Source of the DNA: Intoshia linei
Taxonomy: Eukaryota > Animalia > Orthonectida
Length of the DNA stretch: 42,025 bases
Reading direction: 5' to 3'
NCBI GenBank assembly: GCA_001642005.1
Contig: LWCA01000191.1
Span: 1-42,025 of the forward strand
The notes under the pieces: generated by a model
What the model saw: the letters and a program-made list of their open reading frames with translations, nothing else
Database searches by the model: none
Told to the model about the DNA's origin: nothing
Program-made: the position numbers and the translations under genes
Part shown: piece by piece, positions 1 to 11,430 of the stretch
Numbering within the stretch: position 1 is the first letter of the stretch
How the letters are laid out: each line of letters starts with the position of its first letter

Positions 1-150
1 TAAATTTAAAAAAAAATATATCTTCAGGGCCAAAACCACAAATTACCTTTTTTTAAATGAAAACAGGCCTAGAATTTAAAAAAAATTACAGGCAGTAGTT
101 GTATATTGTTGAAATATGCACACAAAAAATTTCAATCTGAATAATTGGAT
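1..150 (+). repeat. Internal segment of the dispersed Helitron-like repeat family (intronic, runs off the window start)
   Basis: TAAATTTAAAAAAAAATATATCTTCAGGGCCAAAACC...AATTACC...GAAAACAGGCCTAGAATTT...AATTTCAATC aligns by eye with 3342-3480 and with the reverse complement of ~11200-11335. Confidence 0.75.
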
Positions 151-187
151 TAACGTAGAAAATAAAAATTAATTATTTTTAAAATAG

Positions 188-479
188 GATATGCGATGGT
201 TCCACATTAAAATTAATAGAACGATGTACATTACGAGACAATAACCAAATCTTGCCATTATTCAAAATTTTCCTAATGATACTTCTAAAAGAGGACATGG
301 ACCACATAAAAAAGTATACAGAGTCTGAAGAATACATAACATTTGTAAAACAAAATACAAAACAAAAAATCACATCAAAATACTATAAAAATTTTTTCAA
401 AATATTAAAAAGCCTAAACATTCCAATATCTCATGCAATGATTCGATTTATCCGAGAAATTCATTTTAGCGAAACATGA
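188..479 (+). CDS. Probable terminal exon of an unidentified gene starting left of the window
   Basis: AT-rich tract ending in TAG at 185-187, then an open frame ICDGSTLKLIERCTLRDNNQILPLFKIFL...IHFSET* to 479. It converges on NRBP across an 89-bp gap. No recognisable motif. Confidence 0.5.
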
Positions 480-568
480 CAAAAATGAATGTAAAGTTAA
501 AAATTAAAAATAAAAAAGTTTTAAATATAAACAAAACAAGTAAAATAAATTAAAACCAAATGAGGATT

Positions 569-2233
569 CTAGTTTCTAAAATGTGGCGTAGTAAGATCCC
601 ATGGCTGTGTCAATTTTTTGAGGCATTCATCCAAATTTTGAGAAATTTGATCAACATCATTATCATTAATAAATCCTAATTGAACCAGTTCTAATGCTAA
701 AGTTCTACCTGAAGCATCAGGATGTAATTGTGAGTGTAATAAACGATGTATTTTGTCTTGCATTTCAAATACAACAATAATTTCCCAATCATTTTTATCG
801 TTTTGAAATAATTTAACAGAATAAAGAGATGAATGGCGTGTTTCGGCGTCGTAGCGAATAACCCCCTTTTTATTATTAACAATTGCACATGTTGATATGG
901 GGGCAAAAGCTGTAAGAGGATAATAACCTTGCTTGACGCTTTGAACAAATTTATTGAGAGAATGTGCATTATTTCGATCGTCAACTTTAGATTTTGAATC
1001 TGGTAGTATTTTGCTGATACGCTCCTTAAGTTGAGCGATAGATTCATTTTTTTTAAAAATAAATTTTTCAATTTTTACAAAAGTGGGAGTAATGTCATCT
1101 AAATCCGTAGTGTAATTGACGTATGCATGAGCCGTCAACAATTTAAGAGAATGGATTTCTCGGATTGCTTTATGATTTAACAATTTTCGAGCAGTAGATC
1201 GTTTGGTGGAATTTTTGATACAACAATTGATGAAATGATGTTGTGTTTTGTCTTGAATAGTATCCAAGGTGGAATGGATCAATTCAAAGTCTGATTTGAT
1301 GATTAAATTTAGAGCGTCCGCTTCCGACATGATTGAAGTCAATGATGCCAATTCTTTGCCCAAGGAAGGTAGATTGTCAGTTTTTTCTACAGTGTTTGCT
1401 GGGGAAGAATTTTTGGATGAATTTGAAACATTGGCACTAATAATTCTATTTAAATAATCTTTGGGTCTAATTAAATCATTTCTAGCAATTTCAAGAGATA
1501 TTATGCCAAATGAATAAATATCAGACAAGTGTGATTTTTGTTTGGTTTTTAAAGCTACTTCGGGGTCGGTATATAATTTATATTTTTGTTTAACAACCTC
1601 TAAAATTCTAATTTCTTCACCTTCACTGGTAGCGTCAATTCGTTTGAATCCGTTAAGTTTATCAAGATTAACACATCCAATTTTAATTAGTCCGTTGTAA
1701 TGAAAAAAGATTGAATCTTGCGAAAGGTGGCCATGGATAAGTTTTTGTGGGTGATTGTACATGTAGTTTAGAGCAGAGAGTAATTGAGAGTTCCATCTGC
1801 ACCAAGAATAGTTAAATGTGTTGTTTTCATCAGAACGATTGCGTCTTTCAATTAATAGCTGTTTTAATGATCCGCATGTCATGTACTCTGTAATGAAAAT
1901 TACTTTTCCGTTTTGATTTTTACTGGGTTCTATTACCCAATGATTGTACAATCCAATTATGTTGGGATGGCGAACTTCCAATAATGCGTCAAAATAACTT
2001 TTGTTTTGTCTGTATTTATTTAATCGATTGTTTTTTTCTGTTAGCGCAATTTCATGCCAAACTACTTCTACACCGTCTTCAGAATCCATTGCTAGCGAAA
2101 CAGTGTCACATCCCGGTATCGTTCGCTGTTCCAAAATAACTTTACGTTTTTTGTATCGACCGCACGGACTCGTTTCCACAATTTCCGTTGAATCACTATC
2201 ACTTGTGTCACCTTTCCATTTTTCCGCGACCAT
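569..2233 (-). CDS. NRBP: Nuclear receptor-binding protein (NRBP/Madm) pseudokinase, intronless, 554 aa
   Basis: ETSPCGRYKKR...LAMDSEDGVEVVWHE, VIFITEYMTCGSLKQ, the degenerate catalytic loop HGHLSQDSIFFHYNGLIKIG and C-terminal LALELVQLGFINDND match the NRBP1/Madm signature. Confidence 0.93.
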   Translation of the reverse strand: MVAEKWKGDTSDSDSTEIVETSPCGRYKKRKVILEQRTIPGCDTVSLAMDSEDGVEVVWHEIALTEKNNRLNKYRQNKSYFDALLEVRHPNIIGLYNHWVIEPSKNQNGKVIFITEYMTCGSLKQLLIERRNRSDENNTFNYSWCRWNSQLLSALNYMYNHPQKLIHGHLSQDSIFFHYNGLIKIGCVNLDKLNGFKRIDATSEGEEIRILEVVKQKYKLYTDPEVALKTKQKSHLSDIYSFGIISLEIARNDLIRPKDYLNRIISANVSNSSKNSSPANTVEKTDNLPSLGKELASLTSIMSEADALNLIIKSDFELIHSTLDTIQDKTQHHFINCCIKNSTKRSTARKLLNHKAIREIHSLKLLTAHAYVNYTTDLDDITPTFVKIEKFIFKKNESIAQLKERISKILPDSKSKVDDRNNAHSLNKFVQSVKQGYYPLTAFAPISTCAIVNNKKGVIRYDAETRHSSLYSVKLFQNDKNDWEIIVVFEMQDKIHRLLHSQLHPDASGRTLALELVQLGFINDNDVDQISQNLDECLKKLTQPWDLTTPHFRN

Positions 2234-3069
2234 ATTGTATCAAACGGATTTAAAATTTGTAAAAATTTTTTCCATAAACATGATTTGTGTACAATTGTAG
2301 TTTACTACTAGTTTTCGTATTAAAGTAATTTAATGACATTTGTCGTTCAATAAATGGTTTTTTAGATTAACTATTCAGTTTTCAAATTGTCATAGTAAAG
2401 TTTTAATTTCAAGCCATTCTACAAAATTGATAATAAGCCAATTATATGCAAAATTACGGCTTGTCGGTTGGTAACTCAATATTTTGTATAATTAATCTTT
2501 TAATTAAATATTTAAACAGCTTTTTGATACATTTAACTCTTATAAAATGTATTTTGTAACAATGGTTTTTGTTGCATGTAAATATTTATTAATCTCAATG
2601 GAAACATACCATTTATTTGAATTGCGAAGATATCTTATATGTAGAGTATTATATGAAGATATATGTTTAAGTTTGTCAATTTTGAAGGGTGTTTAAATAT
2701 TTAATTTAATATAGATGTTTGGTCAATAAAATTTAGCAATTTTATGTAAATGACATAAAATTAAATAGTAGATTCAAGGTTATTTATCAGTGTTTTCAAT
2801 TTGGTTCAAGTAATGGTAAATGCGATTAGGAGTCGCAAGATGTTACATTTATAAAGTAATATCCTGGATAAGCTCTATTTTTCAAGAAAATAACGATAAA
2901 AGTCAATTTTTCCCTGAAGGCTGGAAATGATATTTTTTATTAAATTTTAATGGTTGGATAAAAATAAAATTTTTTAAATAATAATGTAGCGGTGGTTAAA
3001 GATTTGGGATAAAATACATCCAGAAACTCTGTAATAAAAATGTAAAAATATAAAAATAAAATTAATAAA

Positions 3070-3646
3070 TCCTTACTTATATAATATGCTACGCGATTTT
3101 TGTTTTTGTGTCTGTGTGTGATGCTTTATTTCAATAACTACTCGTCTTAGAATTTTATAAAGTCCACATTTCAATTAGTTTTTTCCGGGGGTGTTCGCAA
3201 AATAAATTTCAACCTCCCAAACTCATATCTTATGGGTCAAAAACCTTAATTGTCCTTTTTTTGTGAAAATCAACAAGTTAGAGAATTTAAAAAAATATAT
3301 AAGCTGATGCGGATTTTAAAATCATAAACATTATGATAAATTTAAATTTAAAAAAATTCTATCTTCAGGGCTAAAACCCCAATTACCCTTCTTTTTTAAT
3401 GAAAACAGCCCTAGAATTTCAAAAAATTTACAGGTGATAGAGGTGTATCATTTTTAACACACATTAAAAATTTCAATCCGAATAAGTAACGACTTCACGG
3501 TCAAAAAAGCATTTTAGTATTCATATATTTTATTTCCGAAATATTTTATTAAAACAAAAAATGTGAAATATTGAGTCCGAAAATTAAAAAAAAGGAAGGG
3601 AATTTGGGGTTTTGGCCATGAAAAAATAATTTTTTTAAATTTAAAT
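3070..3646 (+). mobile_element. Non-autonomous Helitron-like element with an internal ~60-bp inverted repeat
   Basis: Starts A|TCCTTACTTATATAATATGC followed by a TG/TCTG microsatellite, as in the 5' ends of non-autonomous Helitrons. An identical start occurs at 26359 (-). 3341-3399 and 3583-3646 are imperfect reverse complements. No 3' CTRR end found. Confidence 0.6.
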
Positions 3647-3719
3647 TTAGATTTAGATTTAAATTTTTTTTAGATATTAATTTAGAATTTAGAATTCATT
3701 CATTCAGGAATCTTTAAAA

Positions 3720-5229
3720 AAATATAATTGTGATAATTTACCATCAAATAGTCATTCTTACGTAAAAAATATTATTGTGAGATTTGCTGTTGACAAAAAA
3801 GAACAATTACAAAAATATTTTAAAGAGCAAATTGAATTGAGCACTAGGTATTTTCTAACCCTAGATGAGTACACTTCCGTTAAAAACAAACGCTACATAA
3901 ACATTAATGTTCATTAGAAAGCAAAACATTGGTCATTGGGTCTTATGAAATTAAATGGATCAATTTGTAGTACTAAACTGATTGAAATAATTTCTAAAAA
4001 ATTAAAAGAATTCAATATTTATCTAAATAAACACATAGTTGGATGTATCATAAATGGAGCGTTAGTTATGGTTAAATTGGGAAAAGATATTGAACGACTT
4101 CACCAAATCTGTATAGCTCATACAATCCATTTAGCGATAAATGATACATTATACACCTCAAATAATTATAATAATATTTCGAATTCAGATGCTGAAAGTG
4201 AGACATCGATGTAGAAGAATTTGACGATTTCGAATATATTGAAAACATAACTAATAATTATATTATTATACTAAACATAAAAAAATTATAGATAAAGTAA
4301 GACCAATTAGTAAAATTTTTAGAAAATCCTCGATTAAAAACGAAAAATTGCAAGATTTCGTGTATGGCGAATTTGGTAAAAAAATGAATTTATTAATCGA
4401 CATTAAAATTAGATGGAATGGTCTATTACCTATGATAACACGGTTTATAAAACTAAATAATTGTATACATAAAGCTCTCAGAGGAATTGGATCAACGTAT
4501 ACAATTAACAAAACAGAATTAACTACTTTACAACATCTTATAGATGTTTTAAGTCCTATAGAAGTTGTTACATAAAATATATGTTCTAAAAATATTAATA
4601 TTTTTGATGCGGAATCATCTATGCAATTAATACATCTATTTCCTTAAAATTTTATGACTCTATTTTTAAACGATATACATCACGTATAAGTATAAAAACT
4701 AATTCTATTATATAATATTTACATGATTTTAGAAGTATGATGAATAGTATTTTTCCATTATTGCCTAAAAAAATAATAAGATCAAATATAGAAATAGAAC
4801 TTAAAAGATTGAATATTGACGACAATTTTAGTGAAAAAAACAAACAATTCCGTGAACCCCAAATAGATCATGATATTTTAAATAATGATAATCAATTTCA
4901 ATTTTTAAAAGAATACATGAATCCCATGAATACAAACATCATACCTATCAATAATAACATCAGCAGTGTATTAAAATGTTACGAAATTACACAACTAGAA
5001 CTCAACTTTTAGAATCATTATATAGGTCTATATTGTCTATTTAAGCGACAAAAATCGACAATCTGTGTAAGCAGAAAGAACATTTTCATCAGTTGGTCTA
5101 TTTCTAACTAAAATTAGATCTAGGTTTTCAGATGAAAGTATTGATGCACTATGTTTTTTAATACAATTTTTTAAAGATGTCTAATAAATTTTAACCGGTT
5201 AATTTTTTTCCGGTTATTTGTCATCCCTA
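3720..5229 (+). mobile_element. Degraded hAT DNA transposon (transposase pseudogene plus right TIR)
   Basis: Interrupted hAT motifs: LTLDEYTSVKNKRYININVH, CIAHTIHLAIND (CxxH), IRWNG, and dimerisation-domain AERTFSSVGLFLTKIRSRFSDESIDALCFL (5071-5160). Ends TCATCCCTA (reverse complement TAGGGATGA, Ac-like TIR) with CCGGTT subterminal motifs. Multiple stops and frameshifts. Confidence 0.88.
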
Positions 5230-5699
5230 GTATTTAATCGCAAAATTATGTTAAAGTTGTAGATAGGGTATATCTTCTCGAATAAATTATCAAATCATTA
5301 CAATCACGGTCAACAATGAATTTCTAAAATTACCTTACGTTAACCTTTAATTTACAATATATAGCTGACTACGAGTAAACTTGTAATTTAAAAAATCTTA
5401 ACATTTTGATTTCATATTGTCAAACCTATTATTTTCCTGATTAATTTTTATCTATAAACCTTATTTACAAATAATAGTGTGTAAATGTTAATAAAATTAC
5501 TAATTTTTCAATTCATAATAGTATTTTTAATAATTGCGACCAGATTTCCACAACATATTATTGCAACACGAATACAGCTGGTGCCATCCCTGTACATTTA
5601 ATTATATATAATTAAACTACTCACAATATATTCTTTCAAAATTTGCATATAAAAATAAACAAAAGTTGATAAAAAATGTTTATATTTTATTTGAATCTC

Positions 5700-5762
5700 A
5701 CGGACATCCAGGAATATAGTTCTGGACCCCTAGGTGTTCAGAAATCCAACCTGGAACCACTG
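5700..5762. mobile_element. Right end of a hAT-type MITE
   Basis: Ends GGAACCACTG (reverse complement CAGTGGTTCC), similar to the ends at 16303 and 20101. Confidence 0.4.
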
Positions 5763-5877
5763 ATCTATGGAATTTAAAAACTGAATCCCATACAATTATG
5801 TATTTGAATTTTTTCGAGTATCTAAATTAATTTAAACAAAACTTTATAAAAATAAAAATTTAATTTTCAAAATTAAA

Positions 5878-8800
5878 ATGAACAAATTTTCGACAAAAAT
5901 TTGCGATAAGACGGAAGCAATAAATATTTTAAACAAACTGGACAACTTGTTGCGAATAAACGCACAAGACCGAATAAACACTGTAGGTAAATTTTCCAAA
6001 CTATTTGAATCATTTCCATTTCCCCTAATAATCAATACTGGATTTTTGAAACTATCAGATTTATACACTGTATCAAACTATCAAGTAAGACTGTCAATAT
6101 ACGAAGTAATTTCAAAAAGTAGAAATTACATTGGAATGATAAGTAACCGTAGAATGTTTATCGAGTCAATTTACGGAGTTTTATATAGCAATGATTTGGA
6201 ATCTAAAAGTTTAACATTGAGATTATTTGGAGTGGTAGCAAAATTAGTTGTAACTCAAAACGACGAAGAATGTACAAAAATGTTGACAATGATTGAAAGA
6301 GATCCAGATTTTTGTAAAATTCGTATGAGTAGTTTATCCAAAATGCCAGTTAAAATTAAAGAAAACGTTGTAGCCGGAAACAGCGAAAAAGTTTTTTATT
6401 TTATCAAAAATGTTATTCATTATTTTGATAAAAATGCCTTTATTTTACAATCTGCTTTGGAAGCATCAATATATTATGTGGGTTTATCGTCATTATTTTG
6501 TGACATGATTGCTAACGATTTGGTGGATATTATTGTTGATAAATTTATTAAAAGGGAAAATGTAAACATGTTGAATTCTTGCGTTGTAATTTCGTATATT
6601 TTGAAATTTTCAGTTTGTAATAAAATTAATTGTGAAAATGGGTCTTTTGGGTACAGGATATTGGATCTTTTGAAAGCTATTTTTGCAAACATGTTGCCGG
6701 AGGCTTTGGTGGAGCATGATTTATGTAATAGGCTTTATGATTTGTATCGTGAGATTGATATGTCGTTTAATTTGCCAGTTAAATTGTTTTTGATCGATGT
6801 TACTACTTTTATTGCAAATAATACTCAAATTAATACTATGGGTCATTTTCAAAAGTTAATGTCCATTTTAATGGAATGGGGTGGAAAATTGGACATTGAA
6901 ACTTATGCTATTTTGCTAGCTTTGTTTAATTCATTGTATTTGCTTATTGAAGGAGGTATTTTGCTCGAATCGGAGCATTTTAGGCAAATTTTTCAACTTG
7001 GTAAACGTTTATTTGGAGTTTATTATTCATTGATTGAAATCAGTGGTATTTATGCCACAAAATGCACCCATATAATACAGCTATGGTTCAATTGTATTAT
7101 TATTTTGGTAAATTCTGTAATTTACATTAAACCATTTGTTAATTTGATTATTCTCGAAAATGAAGATTTTGAAAAGTGTCAAAAGGATGCACAGTTTCAA
7201 ATTAACTGGTTAAGGTTGAAATTGATTTATTTTAATCATTTGTTTACCGATAAAATTAATTTAAACTATGAAAAACTTAGTTTAAAAGAAATGCCTTTGG
7301 AATTACCATTTATTGGTAATATTGACGAATTTTATGATGAAGTACGCTCTGTAATTTTTAGACCTTACGAATATCAAAATAATTTCAATAAACGTCTGAA
7401 ACACTTTTATCAGTTGTTATTTCGATATATTGAGAACATTGAAGACAAACCTTTTGTTTTAAACTTTTTTTTTTACTCTTTTTGGTTTACTTGTGCCAAG
7501 TTTTCGAAAAATGAATTACACTACAAATATATTAAGATTATGCTCCCAATTTTAGTCTATTTTTCAAGACGATTCACTTTACCCCAACAATTCACACATG
7601 AATCTGAAACTATGCAAATATTTTTGAATTTAAAAGAGGCTCTATTGAGTCTAAATGCACACAGTCACATCAGAGTACTTTTTAAACTATGGTGTCTCTT
7701 TAAATTACAAAAACAATCCAAATTGAACTGTATAAATCTTATTTCAACTCAAAATGAGTTGAAAAATGAAAATGTTGTTTTTTTTATAAATTTGGGCATA
7801 GATGCCATTTGTACCATGCAATATGATTCTGCTGTACAGTTTTTTGCATTGACTGAAAAAATTTTGATCAAAGAAAATTTTTATTTCAATTTAAAGCTAT
7901 TTAACATTTACCTCAAAGCTTTAAAAGCACTTTCTCATCAAGAATATATTGTATCAAGTCAATTCTTTGATTATTCATCTAATCAACAGGTTTGTTCACT
8001 TGAAGGGTACACCAACTTTTTGGAAACCATTTCTCACGTTTTAATTCAAGATTCAACTTCAAATTTATACCTTTTAAAGAAATTTGTCGAATTAAGATAT
8101 GAAATGCACAAAATTGTACAAAGTCTACTAAATATCAATAAACACCCCCTTTTAATATCAATTCAAGAAATATTATTCAATTTGTACCGTATTTTCGATG
8201 AAACAAATTTTAATAATGAAGGAAATGAAAAAGCTGTGGGATTGAATGATGGTTTAGAAAATATTGAAAAATTCATCAAATTTGATAATTTTGATCAACA
8301 AATTAAAGAAATTGTTGACATTAATTGTTTTATTGCCCTCAATGATATTTGTCAGTCTTTTGTTGCAATTATTGTTCGACTAAAATTCGAAACTTTAATT
8401 CTCAAATGGTCGGAATTACTCTTATGGACAAATGTAGATTGTGTTTTTAAGGAATCCATCTCATTTCACATTGAAATTTGCAGACTTTTGGTCAATTTAA
8501 TCAACTGTTTATTCACATCAAATGACGTAAATTTCAAAAAATTCAACTGTACTGCATTTTCTAAAAATGGTAACGTTATATTCAACAAAATTACAGAAAA
8601 ATTGAAACGTACGACAAATATGGTGACATTTTTTGCTCAATCCAAGTATAGCATCATTTTCAAATGTAGCATTTTATTTTACATTTTAAAAAAAATTTGT
8701 CAATTGGACACGTGTTATTCTTTTTCATTTTTTGACACTTATAATGAAGCTAATCAATTGGCGAGTCTAGTTCTCACTCCGTCAACTTGTCCCTCTGTTA

Positions 8801-9336
8801 ATATAAATGAAATGTTTGCTCTGAAAGTTGAAGGAGTTTTTAAAAATAGACAAAATTTGGATAATGATATTAAAATTTTCAATGTAAATAAAAATTGTAT
8901 TCATAATGATATGTGTAAAAATTATCAAAAATTTTCCAATCATGTTACATTTTTACCAAGATTAAATTTTGTTGATTCAAATTCAATCAACCCCAAAAAT
9001 GTTTATATTTTAATTAGTCTCATTGAAGTTCAACCTGATGTACATAGAATTGATAAAAAAAAATGTACAAAGTATAAGAGAATTAACGTTTTGAAAACTA
9101 TTTCTGATAAGGTTTTTGTCAAGGATAATTACTTTGTGTGTGAATTTTTACTCACTTTTCCTAAATTGGCTACTTATGAAATTGATGTCAATGTTCAACT
9201 TGATTCTTTACCGCAGAGTAAGGGTGCTAAATCAAATTTTCAAAAGTTGAGATCTTTGAATGATGAAAAACAAGAATTTTCCAATCTAAATCTCATTAAA
9301 AAGAAATGTTCCATGATTGTTAATGTTGGGTTGTAA
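5878..9336 (+). CDS. INTS7: Integrator complex subunit 7, intronless, 1152 aa
   Basis: N-terminal FSKLFESFPFPLIINTGFLKLSDLY...GVLYSNDLESKSLTLRLFG corresponds to INTS7 FPRLFQKYPFPILINSAFLKLADVF...SVIHSNDPVARAITLRMLG. C-terminal DNYFVCEFLLTF resembles NDYFSTQFLLNF. Confidence 0.88.
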   Translation: MNKFSTKICDKTEAINILNKLDNLLRINAQDRINTVGKFSKLFESFPFPLIINTGFLKLSDLYTVSNYQVRLSIYEVISKSRNYIGMISNRRMFIESIYGVLYSNDLESKSLTLRLFGVVAKLVVTQNDEECTKMLTMIERDPDFCKIRMSSLSKMPVKIKENVVAGNSEKVFYFIKNVIHYFDKNAFILQSALEASIYYVGLSSLFCDMIANDLVDIIVDKFIKRENVNMLNSCVVISYILKFSVCNKINCENGSFGYRILDLLKAIFANMLPEALVEHDLCNRLYDLYREIDMSFNLPVKLFLIDVTTFIANNTQINTMGHFQKLMSILMEWGGKLDIETYAILLALFNSLYLLIEGGILLESEHFRQIFQLGKRLFGVYYSLIEISGIYATKCTHIIQLWFNCIIILVNSVIYIKPFVNLIILENEDFEKCQKDAQFQINWLRLKLIYFNHLFTDKINLNYEKLSLKEMPLELPFIGNIDEFYDEVRSVIFRPYEYQNNFNKRLKHFYQLLFRYIENIEDKPFVLNFFFYSFWFTCAKFSKNELHYKYIKIMLPILVYFSRRFTLPQQFTHESETMQIFLNLKEALLSLNAHSHIRVLFKLWCLFKLQKQSKLNCINLISTQNELKNENVVFFINLGIDAICTMQYDSAVQFFALTEKILIKENFYFNLKLFNIYLKALKALSHQEYIVSSQFFDYSSNQQVCSLEGYTNFLETISHVLIQDSTSNLYLLKKFVELRYEMHKIVQSLLNINKHPLLISIQEILFNLYRIFDETNFNNEGNEKAVGLNDGLENIEKFIKFDNFDQQIKEIVDINCFIALNDICQSFVAIIVRLKFETLILKWSELLLWTNVDCVFKESISFHIEICRLLVNLINCLFTSNDVNFKKFNCTAFSKNGNVIFNKITEKLKRTTNMVTFFAQSKYSIIFKCSILFYILKKICQLDTCYSFSFFDTYNEANQLASLVLTPSTCPSVNINEMFALKVEGVFKNRQNLDNDIKIFNVNKNCIHNDMCKNYQKFSNHVTFLPRLNFVDSNSINPKNVYILISLIEVQPDVHRIDKKKCTKYKRINVLKTISDKVFVKDNYFVCEFLLTFPKLATYEIDVNVQLDSLPQSKGAKSNFQKLRSLNDEKQEFSNLNLIKKKCSMIVNVGL

Positions 9337-9423
9337 ATGCTTTTTAGAGTACATTTTTATTTTAGTATTGTGTTGATTAAGTTTTTAATTAATTTAATAA
9401 TTACATTTGAAAAATAACATTTT

Positions 9424-9583
9424 TAGAATTTTATAAGGTCCATATTTTTATTACAGTTTTTTCCGGGTGTGAAAGCAAAATAAATTTCAACCTCCCAGAC
9501 TCACATTTACGGGTAAAAAACCCCAATTGTTTTTTTTTAAATCAAATGAGTTAAAGAATTTAAAAAAATATATACTCTGATAC
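9424..9583 (+). repeat. Fragment of the Helitron-like repeat family
   Basis: TAGAATTTTATAAGGTCCA...TTTTTTCCGGG...AAATAAATTTCAACCTCCCA...AGAATTTAAAAAAATATATA matches 3148-3310. Confidence 0.75.
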
Positions 9584-9689
9584 AATCCAACTAAATGCAA
9601 TCTAATGATTAGAATAGTTTTATTAAAAGAGTTAAAACTAAATTTAAATAAAATTTTTATGATAAATAGCCTTGAAATCGAGAAGATTG

Positions 9690-10920
9690 ATTCATTTAAT
9701 TTTATTAAAAATTATAAACTTCGAATAAAACTGAAAGAAAATGCAAAACCAATGTGATTTAAGAAGAACGGCAACAATGTTACACACGGCTATTAACCCT
9801 TTCAATGTCTGTATTCTATACTATACACATCAATTTCACTTCACACGTCTGTGTATTCTATGATATACACAGCATAATTTTGAAAACTTTAATTTTTTTA
9901 TTTTCATACATATTCACATAGGTAATTTTAAAATAATACAAGTTTCAATTAATGCATAAATTCCAAACGTGTGGTGATGCATCATAAAATAGTATCAGAC
10001 AGTGAAATGGTTAAGAATAAATTAGATGAACTTGTTAATACTGATATAATTGAACCCATCGAGAGTAGCCGCTGGACTAGCGCATTTGTATCTGTATCAA
10101 AAAGAAACGGTGATGTTAGAATATGTATTGATATGCGAACTGTGAATAAACAAATTGAAATTGATACTTTCCCGTTATTAACTACAGAAGAAATTTTTAA
10201 TAGTACTAATGGTGCTGTTCTGTTCTCCAAAATTGATTTGAAACAAGCCTATCATCAGGTAGAATTAGACGAATTATCAAGACTATTAACAGCGTTTATA
10301 ACTGAATTTGGACTTTATCAATATAAAAGAGTTCTATTTGGTCTTGCATCAGCCCCATCCTATTTTCAAAAATTGATGTCAATTATTTTGAAGGATATTA
10401 AAAATGTAGTTTGAATGCTTGACGATATAATTTAATATGGAAAAACTTGGGTTGAACATGCCGATAGCCTTGATAAAGTATTAAAAAATTAAAAGAGTAT
10501 AACATTACTTTGTCTACAGAAAAATGTGAAATTCGATAATACCATAGAATATTGATACCATACGAACATTGTCACAAAGAGATCCAGAAATTGCAAATGT
10601 GGTGAATTTTCTCAGTAACTCTCACCTCATTGATCAATTAATACTACAGTGCGCGACACTTGAATAGGGACTAAAGAAAAGCCGGAACTTAAATTCATCA
10701 AAGCTCAAACAAGCGAAAATGCGATTAAATTTTTACGTGAAATCTTCGCTCGTGAAGGACTTCCACATAAAAATAATAACGGATAACGGTGTTTAATTAA
10801 CATCAAATGAATTTGAATTTTTTTTAAAAAAATTACAAATAAAACATACTGAAACAGCAAATTATCACCCGCAATCTAATGGCCAAACTGAGCGATTTAA
10901 TAAGACACTAAACCAAGATT
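9690..10920 (+). pseudogene. Ty3/Gypsy LTR-retrotransposon pol remnant (RT plus integrase core, RNase H region deleted)
   Basis: RT motifs IIEPIESSRWTSAFVSVSKRNGDVRICIDMR, FSKIDLKQAYHQ, FGLASAPSYFQ and *MLDDII*. Downstream integrase IFAREGLPHKIITDNG...YHPQSNGQTERFNKTL (~10740-10910). RT-then-integrase order; in-frame stops. Confidence 0.9.
9793..9882 (+). mobile_element. piggyBac-type terminal fragment inserted in the Gypsy remnant
   Basis: TTAA CCCTTTCA...GTCTG(TG)TATTCTATACTATACAC, with the subterminal motif duplicated. Near-identical to the reverse complement of 17783-17830. Confidence 0.7.
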
Positions 10921-11109
10921 AAAAAAGCTGTAAAGGAAGACATAAATATAACAAATTCTTTGAATGATATAATTTTCGATTATTAAAAATTATTTTTCAT
11001 CGGGAATGCATTCATTTCTGGGGTTGAATTTTTGTATTTATATCAACTGGATCTCTAAGAAGCTCTATCAGAATAATCTTTTCTTTTTTTTAATTTTCGG
11101 ATTGTTAAT

Positions 11110-11430
11110 TATTTCACATTTTTTGTTTTAATATCATATTTCGAAAAAAAATATATGAATACTAAAATGCTTTTTTGACTGTGAAGTCGTCACTTAATCG
11201 GATTGAAATTTTTTGTGTGTTAACAAAATACAACTGTACCACCTGTAAATTTTTTTAAATTCTAGGACTGTTTCGATTAAAAAAAAAGGTAATTTAGTGT
11301 TTTGGCCCTGATGACATATTTTTTTTAAATTTAAATTTATGATTTTCAAAAAAAAAGGATAATTGGGGTTTTTGACCCGTAAGATGTGAGTTTCGGAGGT
11401 TGAAATTTATCTTACTTTCATACCGGGAAA
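11110..11430 (-). repeat. Inverted copy of the Helitron-like repeat family
   Basis: Reverse complement matches 3180-3570, e.g. GACTTCAC.GTCAAAAAAGCATTTTAGTATTCATATA and AAATTTCAACCTCC.AAACTCA. Confidence 0.8.

Noticed and set aside
697-2300. Alternative-frame and antisense ORFs over NRBP (also those over INTS7, EML and the EEP gene)
   Set aside because: Shadow ORFs of real coding sequence with no motifs.
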